A DNA stretch of 47,322 nt from the NCBI GenBank assembly GCA_000708835.1, contig DF237598.1, positions 1 to 47,322 on the forward strand, in the 5' to 3' direction. The notes under the pieces were generated by a model. That model had not been told where the DNA came from and made no database searches. It saw nothing but the letters and a program-made list of their open reading frames with translations. Positions 33,501 to 47,100 of this stretch are shown here, piece after piece. Both the position numbers and the translations under genes were made by a program. Origin of the DNA: Klebsormidium nitens. Its lineage: Eukaryota > Plantae > Klebsormidiophyceae. Each line of letters opens with the position of its first letter. Position 1 is the first letter of the stretch.

Positions 33501-36500
33501 GAGGTGGCCATGGCGCTGCGGGAGCGACGCGATCCTGCCCGTATCCCGAACCAGTTGGAGCATGCCTGGGGGGCTTACCAGCGAGCGGCCCGTATGGCTG
33601 TGGAAGAGCAGGCCCCCGGGGATGGCCTCCTGATACCTGCACGGACCGGGGACACACGCGATAAGTTGCCGCGCAAAAGCAGAAGCGAGCGAGCCGTAGC
33701 GCGAAGCGAGCAGAGGGCACGAAACAGTCATCGAAGACCCGAGAAGCGTGGCCAGGGTGCGCACAAGGGCCGGCGGCGCTGCTGACCTGTCGCCCATGAG
33801 CAGCGTGTACATGATGACCTGCGCGCGGTGGTCCAGCAACGCCTGCACCGCACGACGCCGAGGGGGCAGTCAGGCGGAGGAGGGGCAGGGCATCTGGCGA
33901 GGGCCAGCCAGCAGGCGTGGCAGCTGGCACTAAAACAAGATTCTGCAATTCATCTAATGTTGGATTTCACGATGCCTCTTCTTTGCCGAGTGTGTTTTTC
34001 CCGGAAGGCGCTCTCTCGACCTTGCAGGACAGAGCGCAGCCGGCAGTGCGTCACCCGCCTAGCCAGGCGATGTGGCGGGGCAGTGCGGGAGCGCTCACGA
34101 ATCCCGTGGTGCTCTTGCCCGTCTTGAGCTCGAAGGGCATGACTGTGGTGCGGGGGGGGCCGCGGCCGCGGGTGGCGACGCGCAGGGAGGCGTCGATCTT
34201 GCCCTTGAGGCCGTACAGCGGCGACCACACGCTCTCCTCAATGTCCACCACCTGCACCACCCCCACCGGGGAGACGGTCGGCGCGGGCCAGCAGGGAAGC
34301 AGCATACAAGGGGAGCATACAAAGGACGTCCCGCAAAGACAGGGGCGCACCCGAGCTGACACCCCTCCGGCGTTGGTCCTTTGCAGTGGGGCCCTGATGC
34401 GGCGCGGTGGAGACCTCACCTGCGTGACGGCGGTCGCCAGCTGCCCCTCCACCCCAAAGTCGACCATCGTCTCCGGTACCTGCAAAGTAGAGAGGTCAGA
34501 CTGCCGTTCATCTTTTGAAAGCCCAACAGAAAGCGACAAGGAGCATCAGGGGAAGCAGATTCAGGTCACGTGGACAGTAAAACCAGAGTTCAACGAAGTT
34601 CAAGGCCTGGCCCGAAGGAGGCAGGAAGAGTGCTCATCCCCGGCTATTCAGTTTACTAGGATGCATCTTCTCGAAATTGGAACAATTTGTTTCGTGAACG
34701 ACCGGTGTGACGTTCCTCGGTGGGGCTCTCACCTGCGCGTGCGCTGGCCGCAGGAAGTCGTGCGCCCAGTGCTGGATGGCGGGGATGCTGCCGCACAGGT
34801 GCTCCAGCGCGCTCTGCTCGCTCTCTGCACACACCACACCCAGCGCGCCGCTCAGCCCCGGCCCGGGCCCACAGACGTGCGTGCAGCCGACGTCTGGGCG
34901 GCACACTGGTGGCGGCGCCAGCTGGTGGGGGGCTGCGAGGGGGGGGTCACTCACCCCCTGCGGCGTACAGCTTCTCCTGCGCCTGCTGCACGAGCAGCCA
35001 CGCCTCCTCCTCCAGGCTCTCGCTGCTTACGTCCCCGCTCAACAGAGCCGCCTGCACCCGCAACCATCTCCCCGCGTCAGCGCCAACCACACCGCCGCCC
35101 GCACTGCGTCATCGTCCACGACGAGGTGGTGACCACATGCGCAGCCGCACCTTCATCCAGGAAACGTTGGCGGCCAGAAGCGCCGACGTTCCTGGGCAGA
35201 GGCTTTGCATGCAAGTTCGACGGCTGCAAAGATGCTGTTCTGCTCTGGTGAATAGAGCAGCTGTGCAGAGTCCGCCCCTCTCCCTGCGGGGCGCTGGGTG
35301 TGTGCTGCCCCGGCCCGTGCTGACCTGGAAGAGCATGTGCAGCAGCGTGCCCAGCAGCGCGGCCTGGCTCATGTCGTCCCCGTGCAGCCGCTCCTCCAGC
35401 ACCACGCGCCGCAGACACGCCGACGCACTGCCCACCTGCACGCACCAGCCGCCCCCACACCCGCCTCAACGCCAGCACACTCACGTCCTCGCGAAGACGC
35501 AAGCTACCAGGAAAAGGTATGGGCAACTTAACAACCCGGGCCGGCAATTGTCTAACTTTCGGGGCTCGTGAAGGTCGTATTGGTCCACGGGGGGGTGAGG
35601 CGGGGCCTGACCTTGGAGCCCTTGACGAGGACGTCGGGGTGGTGCACCAGCAGGCCCCCGCGCCGCGACAGCACGCACTGCCGGTCGCGCGTCGCAGGGT
35701 CCACCGCCCACTCCCCGAGCACGCTCATACGGTCGCCGGCTGCCACCGGGGTGTCCGCCCTGCAGGCCAGGACGAGGCACAGTCAGCGGTAGGGACGGCC
35801 AAGCGAGGCAGCCCATCAACTCCCAATTTAGTCGAACACGAGAGGTGGCTCTTGACAAAGGTGGGGCCACATTCGGGCGGTGTTCCTCATTTTGCCAATC
35901 AGTATTGTATCACCCGCCACATCCCTTGACGCCACCTCCCCTGGCGGAGTGCGCTCTCCTGTGGCTCACCACTCGTCCTGCAGCAGCAGCCGCGCCTCAT
36001 CGCCGTGAAGGTCGCCCACAACCCGCAGCACCTGGCACACCGACAAAGAGCGCTCCGTCAACAGAGCGGCCAGGGAGGCCAGGGACGCCAGTGCGGAGGG
36101 CGTTTGTCCCTGCGAATGGCTCCTCCTGTGCAACCTTGTATCAGCAAAAATCGGAGGGGGACAGGCGATGACGGGAGTGGGCGAAGCTCACCTTTTGGGG
36201 GACATTTTCGAGGCCGCTCTCAGTGCCAGCGCAGTCCGCCACCTGCAGCACCCCAAGGCACAAAGCGTTACGCCGCTGGGCACAAGCAAGGAGGCAGCCG
36301 CAGAGCTGCCCTGAAAGTGCGGATCACTGCGGATTGCACAGCCCAGCTCATCTACCAGGCTGAGTACGTTCTTGGAGCGTGCCAGCCCACCGGCCCACTG
36401 TTTCTCCTGGGTTCCGCCAGTTGCAGGCTATGCCGTAGGGCGGGGCAACCTACCTCCGTCACCACGAACTGGTGCTGCAGCAGCGCTGTGTCCAGTCCCC

Positions 36501-39360
36501 CCGCCTCTGCCGCATCCCCCTCGCCTCGAGGCTGCCCCTCCCAGCCCTCTGCTGCCACTCCCCCCTTTGCGGCCACCTTCTCTGCTCCTTCCGGTGTGCC
36601 TGCGACCTGGGCCTCCGCTGCTGCTCGCTCTTCGTTTGTGTGCGCTTCCATGTCCCGTGCCAAGCTCTGCCCTGCCCCGTCTTTCTCTAGAGGCGTGGCT
36701 GTTGCCTGCTGCGGCTGCCCCGTCTGCGGTGCTTGTGGCTGTGGCGCGTGCCCCTCTGCGGCCAGGCACGCTGCGCGCACCTCCTGCAGCAGGGCCTCGT
36801 CCTGCCACTCCTCCTCGTCCAGCCCAAACGCCGCTTGCAGCGCGGCCAGCTCAGCCGCACTCACGCCCAGTGCAAGGGGCCCGGCGTCTCCTCCTGGGGC
36901 CCCGTCTTTCTCGCCAGGGTGCAGACACCCCTCCGGAACAACAGCCAGCCCCTTTTCCTGACACTCAAGCGTGGCAGGGGACTCGCCTTCGCCTTCTGTC
37001 CTCTCTGATATCGCTTCAAGGCTGGCGGCCAATCTTTGGATTGCATCGCTGTCCCCTGGCAGGGCTAAGCTGGGCCGTCTCCGGGAGATGAGAGGGCTCC
37101 TGCTGTGCAGCGCATCCTGGGGGCTGCCGGACTGGCGCCGCTGCCGCACTGCGCTCTCCACACGGTCCAGCAACTCGAGCAGCACCTGCCAGCCACGCAC
37201 AGGGGCCGCTCAGCATGGGGCAGCGCCAGTAAGGCAGGCCAGGGGTGGAGTGGACAACAGACACAGGGGAAGGCACGGGATGGCAGTGAGAAGCTGCATA
37301 CCGACCCGTGCTTCTCCTCTTTCTTCTTACAACAGAAGTTTCTTGCTTGGGCCTGCCCAGCGTGCATTGCCTGCAAGACAGGACTTGCGTACCTTCTTCC
37401 CCGGCTGGCCAGGGGCAGTGAAGCGCGGCGTGGCAAGTCCTGGAGCAGCATCGCTGGCAGCCTCTCCCCACAGCTGCGACATGGGGGACCGGCGTGTCAG
37501 AGACAACGGGCCAGCCGCCACGACACATTGCGGGAACCCATGCAGACTTGTTTCTTCGATCAGTGCTGTTCGATTCAACCTGGGCAGCCAAATCATGTTA
37601 TGAAAGCATCTTGCGTTCTTGTGCACAGGTTGTCTGCCGGAACCCGGTGCTGGCCCACCCTGTTTGCATGCAGGGCAGCATCCAGCATTCCAGGGTCCGA
37701 GCCATGATCCCCACCTGTTCTGCCGGTGACTGTATTGCGAGCGACAGCCTGCCCGTCGGGGGTGTCTCCTTTGTTGAATCTTCCCGAGGTTCACGTGAGC
37801 CTGGTGAGATGGCGGCTGAGGGAGCGGCATCCACCAGCACGAGAGCTCTCTCAGAAACAGAGGCCCCCAGTGCAGCCGCTGCCACAGTATATTCCGGCGA
37901 TGAGATGAGGGCTTTCTGGCGGTTGGCGTCTTGGGGCGTCAGCACCCCGGGCGCAGGGCCCACCGCTGGGCTCGCCCTTGGTTGCAGCCACTGCTCCAGG
38001 ATGCTGCTCATGGGCTGCACAGGCAGAGGCCAGTCAGCCCCACAGGGGTGCGAGCACCAGCCGGGCAGCACAAGCATGCATGCCAGCCTTTCTACAGGCC
38101 AGCACCAAAGTGGTCCCCAAATCACAGTGTCCGAACGAGCCGTGGCTCTTTTGGCGCGGCTCACCTTGGTGTCTGGGGGGCTGGTGGTCTTGCCGCACTG
38201 CTTGAGCATGGACGCGGTGCTGAGCATGCTCTTCACCGCCGGCACGGGGCTGCTGCGCCCACTGAACCCAGCAGGGCCCCCGCGAGCATACCCGCTGCCA
38301 TCGCGCGGCCCGGGGCCGTCCTCCAGGGCGGGCAGTGCTGGGCGCACGGGCAGCGGCGAGGCGTGCCACACCACCTCGTCTCCATCGTTCTGGCTCAGAA
38401 GAAAGCCCTGCAGCACACAGCGCAAGTTTCAGTAGTACGCTCGAGCCTGTACACAATGCGTGCAGCAGCAACCTTGAGGGAGTGATAGCTGCCAAACTCG
38501 TTTTCAGCACTGATCAGATATGCTCAGCCTAGACTGTGTGCCCCTTACCAGGCCACCTGAGATGCGTGGACGCTTGGCTGGCTGGGGAGAGCGCTCCTCC
38601 GTGTGGGGCGGCATGGGCGAGGCCAGCGCAGGGGCCGGCTCCACCACCGGCAACACGAGCACCGGAAGCTCAAGCTGCCGCACAGAACCCATAGCAGGGC
38701 GTGGGGAGGGGTTCACAGGCCGGGCGTCGCTGTACCTGCCAGCTGGGGAAAATAAAGACGGGTCAGTCATGGGATGACCACAGGCTTGCGCCAGCTGTGA
38801 CATCAGGTGGCCCTCTGGACCAGTCGCCTTTCCATGTTCTGAACCCTGGGCCTCCAAAGCCCCCAGTCTACAACTTCATAGTGCAGCATCCAAAACACGA
38901 CCCCCAATTTATGCTGTTGGTCCACCACCCGAACTGCCTCGCCATTTCGGCTCACCTGCCTCCTCATCGTCACCAAGGCGCTGCGCTGGTGGCCCGTCGT
39001 CCTGGTCTAGTTTGGGCTGCGAAGCTTGCATGGGCACAGCTGTTGCTGGAGATGCTCTTGCCTCTCCACCAGGTCTGGCGGCGGGTGTGCTCCGCACGAG
39101 GAAGCGGGCAATGCCATACTTACTGGGCTGGCTGGCCGCAGCCTTGGGGGCCTGGCTGGCCTTCTTGCCAGCAGGGCGGCCCCGCTGCTCGGCAACCAAC
39201 AAATAGAGCACCAGGTGTCAGAATCTTCAATGATCACATGCGGACAAAGCAAGTTCATACGCTCATCTAACTTCGGAGAAAATCAATCAGTCAATCAGTG
39301 CCCTCAGGTAGCTATGATGAAACAACGTTGCATTGAAAGTAGTAGCCATACCTTGCCCAT
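27517..39360 (-). CDS. DNA2: DNA replication ATP-dependent helicase/nuclease DNA2 (plant JHS1-like), many exons
   Basis: Likely start MGK| at 39360, then [12 protein letters not shown] (JHS1-like) and LLELLDRVE. Nuclease region: [62 protein letters not shown], Fe-S cysteines [12 protein letters not shown]1 helicase: [50 protein letters not shown]. Start and last exon are less certain. Confidence 0.95.
28583..28806 (-). other. GC-AG intron in DNA2
   Basis: Donor AAG|GCAAGC, acceptor GGCAG|GTG. Removal gives [10 protein letters not shown]|[21 protein letters not shown], colinear with DNA2 homologues. Confidence 0.75.
30676..31177 (-). other. Second probable GC-AG intron in DNA2
   Basis: Donor CAG|GCGCGC, the GC version of the GTGCGC donor common in this window. 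Removal gives [11 protein letters not shown]|[19 protein letters not shown], matching recalled [30 protein letters not shown] without gaps. Confidence 0.6.
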
Positions 39361-40235
39361 GGCACTCGAGCTACAAACTGTGCAGTGGGTGCTGCGACTG
39401 CGGTGTGGGCATCTGTAATGTATCCATGTCACCTAGGGTGGGGCTGACAGCAAGGCGCTGCTCCAAAGAGCTGGCGCTACAGCGCTGTACATCTGACTTC
39501 TTTGTGAACCTCTTCTCTATCAATGTATCATTGTCAATCGCCTGAGGCTGCAGAGTGAGGCCTGATCATGTCGTGGCTCTGAGTCTGACTCCACGACCTC
39601 TCCGATATCGAGTCCCGCCATTTTTGAAATGCGTCGACGAACGTGAATGCCCTCTCAAAGCTGGCGACTCAACTGGTACCGGCGCCCCGTTTTTCGTCGC
39701 CGTCTCCACTTGAGCACTGGCCGTCGATCCATGATTCTGGTGCGATCGACTATTTGTTGAAACCCTAAATTGGCTGCGCCGTCCCAAGTAAAATCTGGGC
39801 ATACGTAGTACTACACAAAGTAGGTTGGCACCTCTGCGAAGTCATGTAGGATAGGTACTGTAGGCCTAGCACACATCTCGTCTGGGTAAAGCCTCTTTCA
39901 AGACGACTTCATGGGAGCTTATATGGAGACAAGGAATGCAATCTCTTTGCTGGGAATAGTTGGGGGAGTAGTCCTCTCGATGCAATGCCGGAGGCTTGAA
40001 GACGACCCGCAGAGCTGGCAATCTGGTCCTGGCACTGACTGTGTCCCTTTTCAACACTGACAGATACTGAGATGAGGATTGGAGAGTGTAAGCCAGCATG
40101 GGCGACCAACATTTGAGGCACCTGTAACCCAGATGGTCTACCCCCACTTCTGAGTTGCGTCGGTTCGCCACCAGTCAGCCATCGTGTGTGTTTTCCCAGC
40201 CGTCCGGTTGGGGAGCAGTGTGCCAGCTCAGCGTC
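39361..40235. promoter_or_regulatory. Probable bidirectional promoter/5' UTR region between DNA2 and the MORN gene; telo-box AAACCCTAA at 39760-39768
   Basis: Divergent starts at 39360 (-) and 40236 (+). The motif is read directly from the sequence. Confidence 0.5.
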
Positions 40236-43200
40236 ATGGAGGTTGCTCCTCTTCCCGAGGCCCCTGAGCCAGCACCGGTCCCCGCCGCTCTCCCAACAGA
40301 CGAAGGTGCCGGCCCTCCGTCCGCCGGGGAGGAGCCCGCAGCTGACCCTGCCTGGGCCGAGTATGCCTCCCTGGGCTCTGCCGCGGAGCTGCTGCTGCGC
40401 AGCCTGCTGGCAGACCGCGCGGGAGCGCCAGGGCTGGGGAGCAGGGAAAGTGTGGAGCTGGCCTTCAGCGAGGGCCAGCGCTACGCAGGGGCAATGCAGG
40501 ACGGACGACTGCAGGGGCCGGGCCGCTACACGTGGCCCGATGGGCTGCAGTTTGAGGGGAGCTTTGAGGGAAGTTGTGTGGGCGCACAGGGCACCATCAC
40601 ATGGCCGGACGGGGCACGCTACCAGGGGCAGGTGAGCTCCCTCCCATGCCCCCCCCCACAGCTCCTGCCCCGCCGCGCCCTGAGGGGCCAGAGGGTTACG
40701 CTGCCCCGCCTGGCAGCTTCCTGCCTGAGCAGCCCTGGTATGATGTTGTCGTGCGACGATCTGGCTGGCCTGGGGTGGGGCCTGGCTGACTGACGAAGTG
40801 CGTGCTTGTGCTTGCCAGGTGGAGGCGGGGCGGCCGCATGGGGTGGGCAGCCTGAGCCTGGGGCCGGCCCAGGCGGGGGTGCAGTACAGCGGGGAGTGGT
40901 GCCACGGGCAGCGCCACGGCAAGGTAGGCAGCGCAGCGGCCCCCTTCTGCTCCAAAGCAGGCGCAGGGGCAGTAGACATGCCGATAGAAACAGCCGTGGG
41001 GGTGCGCCTGAGAGCTTTTTCAGGCTCAGCTGTCTTCCTGCACACCTGAGCAGACCCCCGGGGAAGCGGGCTGCTGGCCCACGCTGACGACGGTGCTTGC
41101 TGCGGTAGCTGGACCACAGGAGCTGAGCAACACGACACAGCCACAGTTGCTTTGATGAGCTTCCTGGACGACCAATGCCTCCCCGACATGGCATCCGCTT
41201 CACTCTAATCTCGTGTTGCTGCTTCACCCGTTCCGTTCTCCAGGTTACAGACTCATTAATCGCAATCCACAGACCGGCTGCGGGTGCAGTGTCCAGGGGA
41301 CAAAGGATCAACGATCAGTAGCCTATGAGCATTGTGACGGATTCGTAAAATTCAGAAATGTCCATTTGAGAGGTGGCTGTCATGATTACCTGCTGTGTGA
41401 CGCATGCATCTTGGACTCCAAATCTTGTGTTGCACTTTGACACAAGGCGTTGCCCTGTTGCTCCACACACTGCTACTTCTGGAAAGTCTGTCGTAAACCC
41501 TCAGCTCCTCCTGACACGCCTGTGATGGGCATCTTCTCGTTCACTTGCCTCCCTGACTGCTCCCCTCCTCGCCCCTCTCCCTGTCCCGCAGGGCCGCCTG
41601 GTGCTGCGCACGGCTGCGTCTGGCGCGCCCAGCAGCTGGTACTCGGGGGACTGGGTGGCGGACCGCCGGCACGGCTGCGGCACGCACGTGTTCCCCTCAG
41701 GCAGCGTGTACCGCGGGGAATGGCACGCCGACCGCCGCCACGGCCGGGGCACCATGGTCTGGCAGGCCAACGCTCACAAGGGGCCGCCCGCGCTCGCGCT
41801 GGGGACGACGGCCACAGTATCGCCCCCGGCCATCGTGATCTACCGTGGCGACTGGCAGGACGGGCTGCCGCATGGCAGGTGCGCCGTCAAACGATTGGGG
41901 CTGCGTGCTGGCAAACCAGGGTTCGGCCAGACTGCGGCAACTTGGCTAGCGGTTCTGTCACCCCGGCAGTCGCCTCGAACGACAGCACTTCTCCGCTGCC
42001 GATCAACTCGTCCTGGTTCATCTCCGTCCATGTCTTGTCCGTGCTGACGTGTTGTGGCCCGGCGGGGTGGGTGCAGCGGGGAGCAGGTGTGGCTCCCGGC
42101 GGGGGAGCGCGTGGACGCGGCGTGGCTGCGGGGCGAGGGGCCCCTCGAGCTGGCGCTGCCGCCGCTGCTGGCCAACCGCTACACGGGGCGCATGGAGCGG
42201 GGCCGCAGGATGGGGGAGGGCGCCTTCGCCTACGCGTCGGGAGCACAGTACAAGGTAATTCCATGGCCATCCCAAAGAACAGCCCAACGGCACCCTCGTA
42301 CTCTGCTGATCTCCATCTGTCAAATCATCGGCGGGAAGCCCAGCGGGGATTGCTAGCTCGCCTGTCGAGAATCTGGTTCGAGTTTCGGCGGCGCTGTGCT
42401 GCGCCTAACATGTGACTGTCGGTGCAGGGTGTGTGGGCCGACAACCTGAAGGCCGGCCCTGGCGTGCTTGTCTCGGAGAGCGGGGTGGCCCAGCCAGTGG
42501 CGTTTGACGGCGACCGCCTGGTGGCTGCGGCGGGCGAGGCAGGCCGGGCGGGCGCCGCGGAGCCGGAGCCCGTGGTGGTGCACGTGGACGACCTGCTCGA
42601 GAGCGACGTGGACGGCGAGCGTGGCGCGCGCGCCCTGGCGCACGTGCTGCTGCGCACCACCAGCGAGCTGCGCGCCGTGTACGCCCGCTACGCGCGAGCG
42701 GGCTCCTCTGCCGCCACCGACGCGGCCGTCATGACGGCCTCGCAGCTAGGGGCGCTGCTCAAAGACGCCAAGGTGGGGTCTCGATGGGGTGCCCGCACCC
42801 AGGGGCACTCGAGGGGAGCTCTTTGCCTCCCACGAACTCGCCTCGTCCAGATGTTGTGCTTCGGGGCTACCGTCTGAATCAGTACGTGGTTTGAGAGCCC
42901 GTCTCAATACCTGCTGTGGGCTGTTTGTTTGCTGTCCGCTTGCCTCCCTTCTACATTATGTCCCTCTCTTCGCGTGCCTGCAGTTACTCTCGCCGGAGCT
43001 GCCCCTGGCGCGCGTGCAGCGCATGCTGGCGGCCCGCTTTGGCTGTGGCGCTGCGGGCGGCCCGCTGCTCTTCTGGCAGTTCGTGGAGGCCGTCGTCCGC
43101 GTGGCGCACCTCCAGCAGCACGACCCCGCGCCGCTCGCAGCCAAGGTGACCCACCCCGCCCCGCCCCCCCGCTGCGGGCCGTATGTCTGTCCCAAGGCCG

Positions 43201-44186
43201 CAGCTGCCGGGAGCCCTGGCTTCTCCTGGGCGCCTTCTTGACCCGCGGCCCTGTGGTTGCTGTCGTGTGCCAGGTGCAGCGCGCCATCATGACCCAGCTG
43301 CTGCCCCTCGCCTCACTGCGTGCATCGCCCGCGTCGGAGCGCGTTGCTAGCTTCCTGGCGTCGTCGGCGGGGGCCCAGTTCACGGCGGCGCGAGCGGAGC
43401 TGCTGCTTGGCGTGCTTGCCGCGGGGAGTGCGGCCATCACTGCAGGACACGTGTTGGCGCTGGTGCAGGTGCACGACAGGGCCAGCCTAGGCACACAATC
43501 GGCGTTGCACCACACGTGTCCTACATCAGGCTTCTTTGATGCTCAATGGAGATCTTTGAAGTATTTGTTTGGGAGCCGTTCTATTTATTCCTCTTTTCTT
43601 TCCATCATCTAATCTCCCTGCCATGTGGCCCCTGCTAAGAAGTCTCTGGTGTGTGAGTGCAGACATGCTGGGGGGCGGCCCCGGGCGCATTGCCTGCGCG
43701 GGAGGCGGCATTTGCGGTGCTGGAGGGGATGGGTGTTCTAGACGACAGCGCTGGCGACGATCCATACGCCGCGTTTTTGTTGAACACCCCGCTCACGCCG
43801 GCCGACGTCTGGACCGCTGTGTTTGGGCATGTTGATAAGGTAGAGTGCTCTACAACGGGTTCTTTTGGGGGAAAATTGCAACCAAGGCCTTTGCCTCCAA
43901 AAATGATGTGGAGTGCCTCGCTTCCGCAGTTAGAATTTAGGTCATTAGTCGACGCCATGCTTCCGGTCACGACCACGTGAGTCCACTTATTGATTACCTC
44001 CGTGCTTGCTTGCAGCTCGGGGGCGGGACGGGTCCACTGAGCTTGGTGGCGGACAAGGTAGACGCTGGCCTGCGCGAGGCTACACTAGCAGGGGCGAGCA
44101 AGCTACAGCAGGAGCCCCACGATATCAAGACGAGGCCCTGCATTCATGAGTGCAAGCCGGATTGGGGGCTTGGTCAAGTAACCTAA
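40236..44186 (+). CDS. RSPH10B: MORN-repeat axonemal protein, RSPH10B-like; multi-exon, 3' end uncertain
   Basis: Repeated YxGxWxxGxxHGxG units (YAGAMQDGRLQGPG, YSGEWCHGQRHGKG, YRGEWHADRRHGRG, YRGDWQDGLPHG). Downstream LLRTTSELRAVYARY..MTASQLGALLKDAK and LLFWQFVEAVVRVAH match recalled RSPH10B post-MORN motifs. Introns are in phase and GT-AG. Confidence 0.75.
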
Positions 44187-47100
44187 GTTGGAAACCTAGT
44201 CACGGGCTTAGCCTTAAAAAGAGAACGTGTCGGAAGATGCGGAGCACACATTCGGGCGGGTAACATGGGCAGCCGTCGGCGCGATGGCTATGACCAGCCT
44301 CTTCCAAGAGGGGAAAAATACCAAGGGCATATACGAAAGGTGATGTAGCCAGGCACCGGCCCAAGTATATCGAGGAGGTAGGAAACGTAACGACGTCACT
44401 GAGTGCGCAATGAACATGCATGGGCCGAAGATTGACATACAATACACGCGCAGCAAAGGTCATTGGGCGGAACGTTGGCATGTGGCTGGCATGCCTTGCA
44501 ACCGTCAATCAAATCTCAGCAGCAAGCTCATAGTCAGCCGTCGATCCGACTCGGTAGGAAAGAGATCCACCAGAATCTCAATGCGTGAACTGTCATCTGC
44601 ATCGGATTGAGAGCCAGTCCAACACATGCAAACCTCGCCTCATTATTTGCCGAATCTTTTGGCAACGCTCGTTGTTTTAATGCCGGATCCCGGCCCCGAT
44701 CCGGGAGTTACACATAGCGGGTCGAAAAGCTGGGCCGCGCCGCGGCGTCGTTCAGTGCCAAATCTGGTCACTTCCTAGAACCCCGCTCGGGCCTATTGAA
44801 AAAGATTGGCCAATATTTGTTGCGCAAGAATCTTTCCTTGAGCAGCATGATGCCGCTCGCCTCGGATGAATCATTTCGGCTATGGGTACGAGATTCCCAT
44901 AGGCATAATCTTCTCGACTGAAAGTGTAAAAGTGAAGCGTAGAAATTGTTGAGGACTTCGAATATGTTGAAAAAGGCCTTGCAAATGTTGTTTGCCAAGC
45001 TGCTTGACCTATTATACAAGATATGGTCCTTGACCCTCAAGATGCTAGCCGCCTTGAAAGCTTACTTTAGTGGCCGCGCACCGGTTAGGAGAGTCGGTAT
45101 GTCGCAAGATTGCTCGACCTTATTGCCACAACTTTTTCGATGTTGAAGAAAAACGGTTCATGACACGCAAGACCAATAGGATGTACGTGGATCGATATCT
45201 TCTTACATAGTTTCGACTCGGAAGCTTGCAAACTCGCCCCTACTAAGTTTACGTAATCCAGCTTGAAAATGTTGAAAATCCGTCTAGGACATATAATCTG
45301 CCCACTTCTTTGTAGCATCACCGATAGTACTTAAGCAACCCTTTGCCAAAGTCAATTAGCTGTAAAACCATGTTGATGGGAGCACAAGCGCACCAAAAAG
45401 AAAATTGCCGTGCAAGTTACGCATGAATGGCCGCACACTTATTGATACACATTGACCTACAAGTCAAAGTATGCCGATGTGAACACAGTGTCTGGTACTA
45501 GAATGGTTGATTACATTATCTCAATATTAGAAGTTTTTAACGGCGGGCCTCTATGAAATTTGGAATTTGCGCCGGGCCAACGATTGCATCTAATTCAAAG
45601 GAATTTTTCGGCTAGCTAACCTGAAGAGGACGCCGTTGAATCGGCTCAGCAGATAAATGGATAAATCGAAGTTTTGTTGGAAGTGGATCTCGAGATATTG
45701 CACACAGGCTACTCAGTATGCATACCCTAAGCATTGCAACGCCGTTGCGACAGTCGGCGATGCTTTGCCAATAGTAACTATGCAAGAGCGTTGCGACGCT
45801 CTTGCGGAGCTCGAAACCTCGGTTTCGACGACCCGATTCATGTACGACCGTATCGAACGCCGAGCGCGAATTAGATTAGACCACAATTTTAGGTCGAGCG
45901 ACTCAAGATTTGAGTCATGCGGCAGTCTCGCGGGGCAGCCTGTTCGAGCTTTCATTTTACTTATCTTCAAAAGCTTCTGTCGAAAAATCTTAGTGCCGGT
46001 GCCAACTTCGAATCGGCTCAATTTGAAAACACCTAGCACTAAGTTACATCATACTACACATGCGTTCGGCTGCTAATATCCAAGAGTAGAAGTTAAGTTC
46101 AAACTTCGATGGTGAAGTGCCATGTAATCTGTTTTTTTGCCCCCTATTTGAAACGTACTTACTCCTTAAGTGAAATTTGGCTGAGAGGCGCAAAGGCGCC
46201 TGGTGATAAACCTCTAATAGAGAAGGTGGAGTAAAGGTCACACTTTTGATGGAATTCATGGACTACATGTCTCATTCCTGCTCCCTCTAGGGAGTTGCAT
46301 GCACAGTCTCATGTGTATGATACTGTGAGTCACAAACTTGCGGTTAGTGCACATGCATGAACTCAGACGGCATGTCCGTTATCAATCCGGCCATCCGACA
46401 GTAGATATTGGCTCGGTGTTTAGTACGCGGCCGCACTGCGCTTAATTGACACAAGTCTACGCGGCGCGCGAGCGCATAGCCAGCGAGGAATCCCCGCGAT
46501 GGGCTGAGAGGCTAGCACCGTTACAATCCTTCCCCCTATAGAGCGAAATTCCGGAGAGCTGCAAAAGGTACACGTCCATTAGAGGCGGGGCCCGGCTAGA
46601 GTGAGGGAAGCAGCAGTACGCCATTCCCATGACTTTGCCCTGGGCTTGCTTTTGGTTACCTTGTACTATGGAAAAACTGAGGTAGTACACTGACAACAGT
46701 AATCAAGTTTACCGCGGACCTTAAAGACATCATCGACGGCAGAAACTTCACGCGAAATCGAATTTTTCGACATTGATTCTGTTCGATTTTCCGCTGTAGA
46801 TTTTTGCAACTTCAGCCAACCGAGTGTTTGGTCATAAACAACTCGATTAGTTGGATTTGTTGCGGAATAAATCATTTGAAATATCCTGCATGTCACCAAA
46901 AGGAAATGGGCTTCCTGGAGAAGTGTGCCATTCTTGGCACGCAACCCCCCAAACTCTAGTTCGTTCCGTTAGTCTGGGGTGTTTTTGTTGAAACACAGCG
47001 TTGTTAGAAGTGATATTCTATAAATCAGGTTTACACCATGTATATGGAGTGTTCCGAGTCACGGCCTATCTCTAGGTCTACACTCTAGCCTAGTAGGCTC

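Noticed and set aside
33917-35251. 444-aa plus-strand ORF inside DNA2; also 36005..36961 and 37494..38435
   Set aside because: They span DNA2 exons and introns on the opposite strand. High GC explains the lack of stops, and no domain is recognisable.
39909-41189. 426-aa minus-strand ORF
   Set aside because: Antisense shadow of the MORN gene's first exons.
44770-46300. Possible decayed gene or transposon relic, including ORF 45657..46076
   Set aside because: Stop density in the apparent frames is near random expectation, and I found no transposase, RT, integrase or capsid motif.
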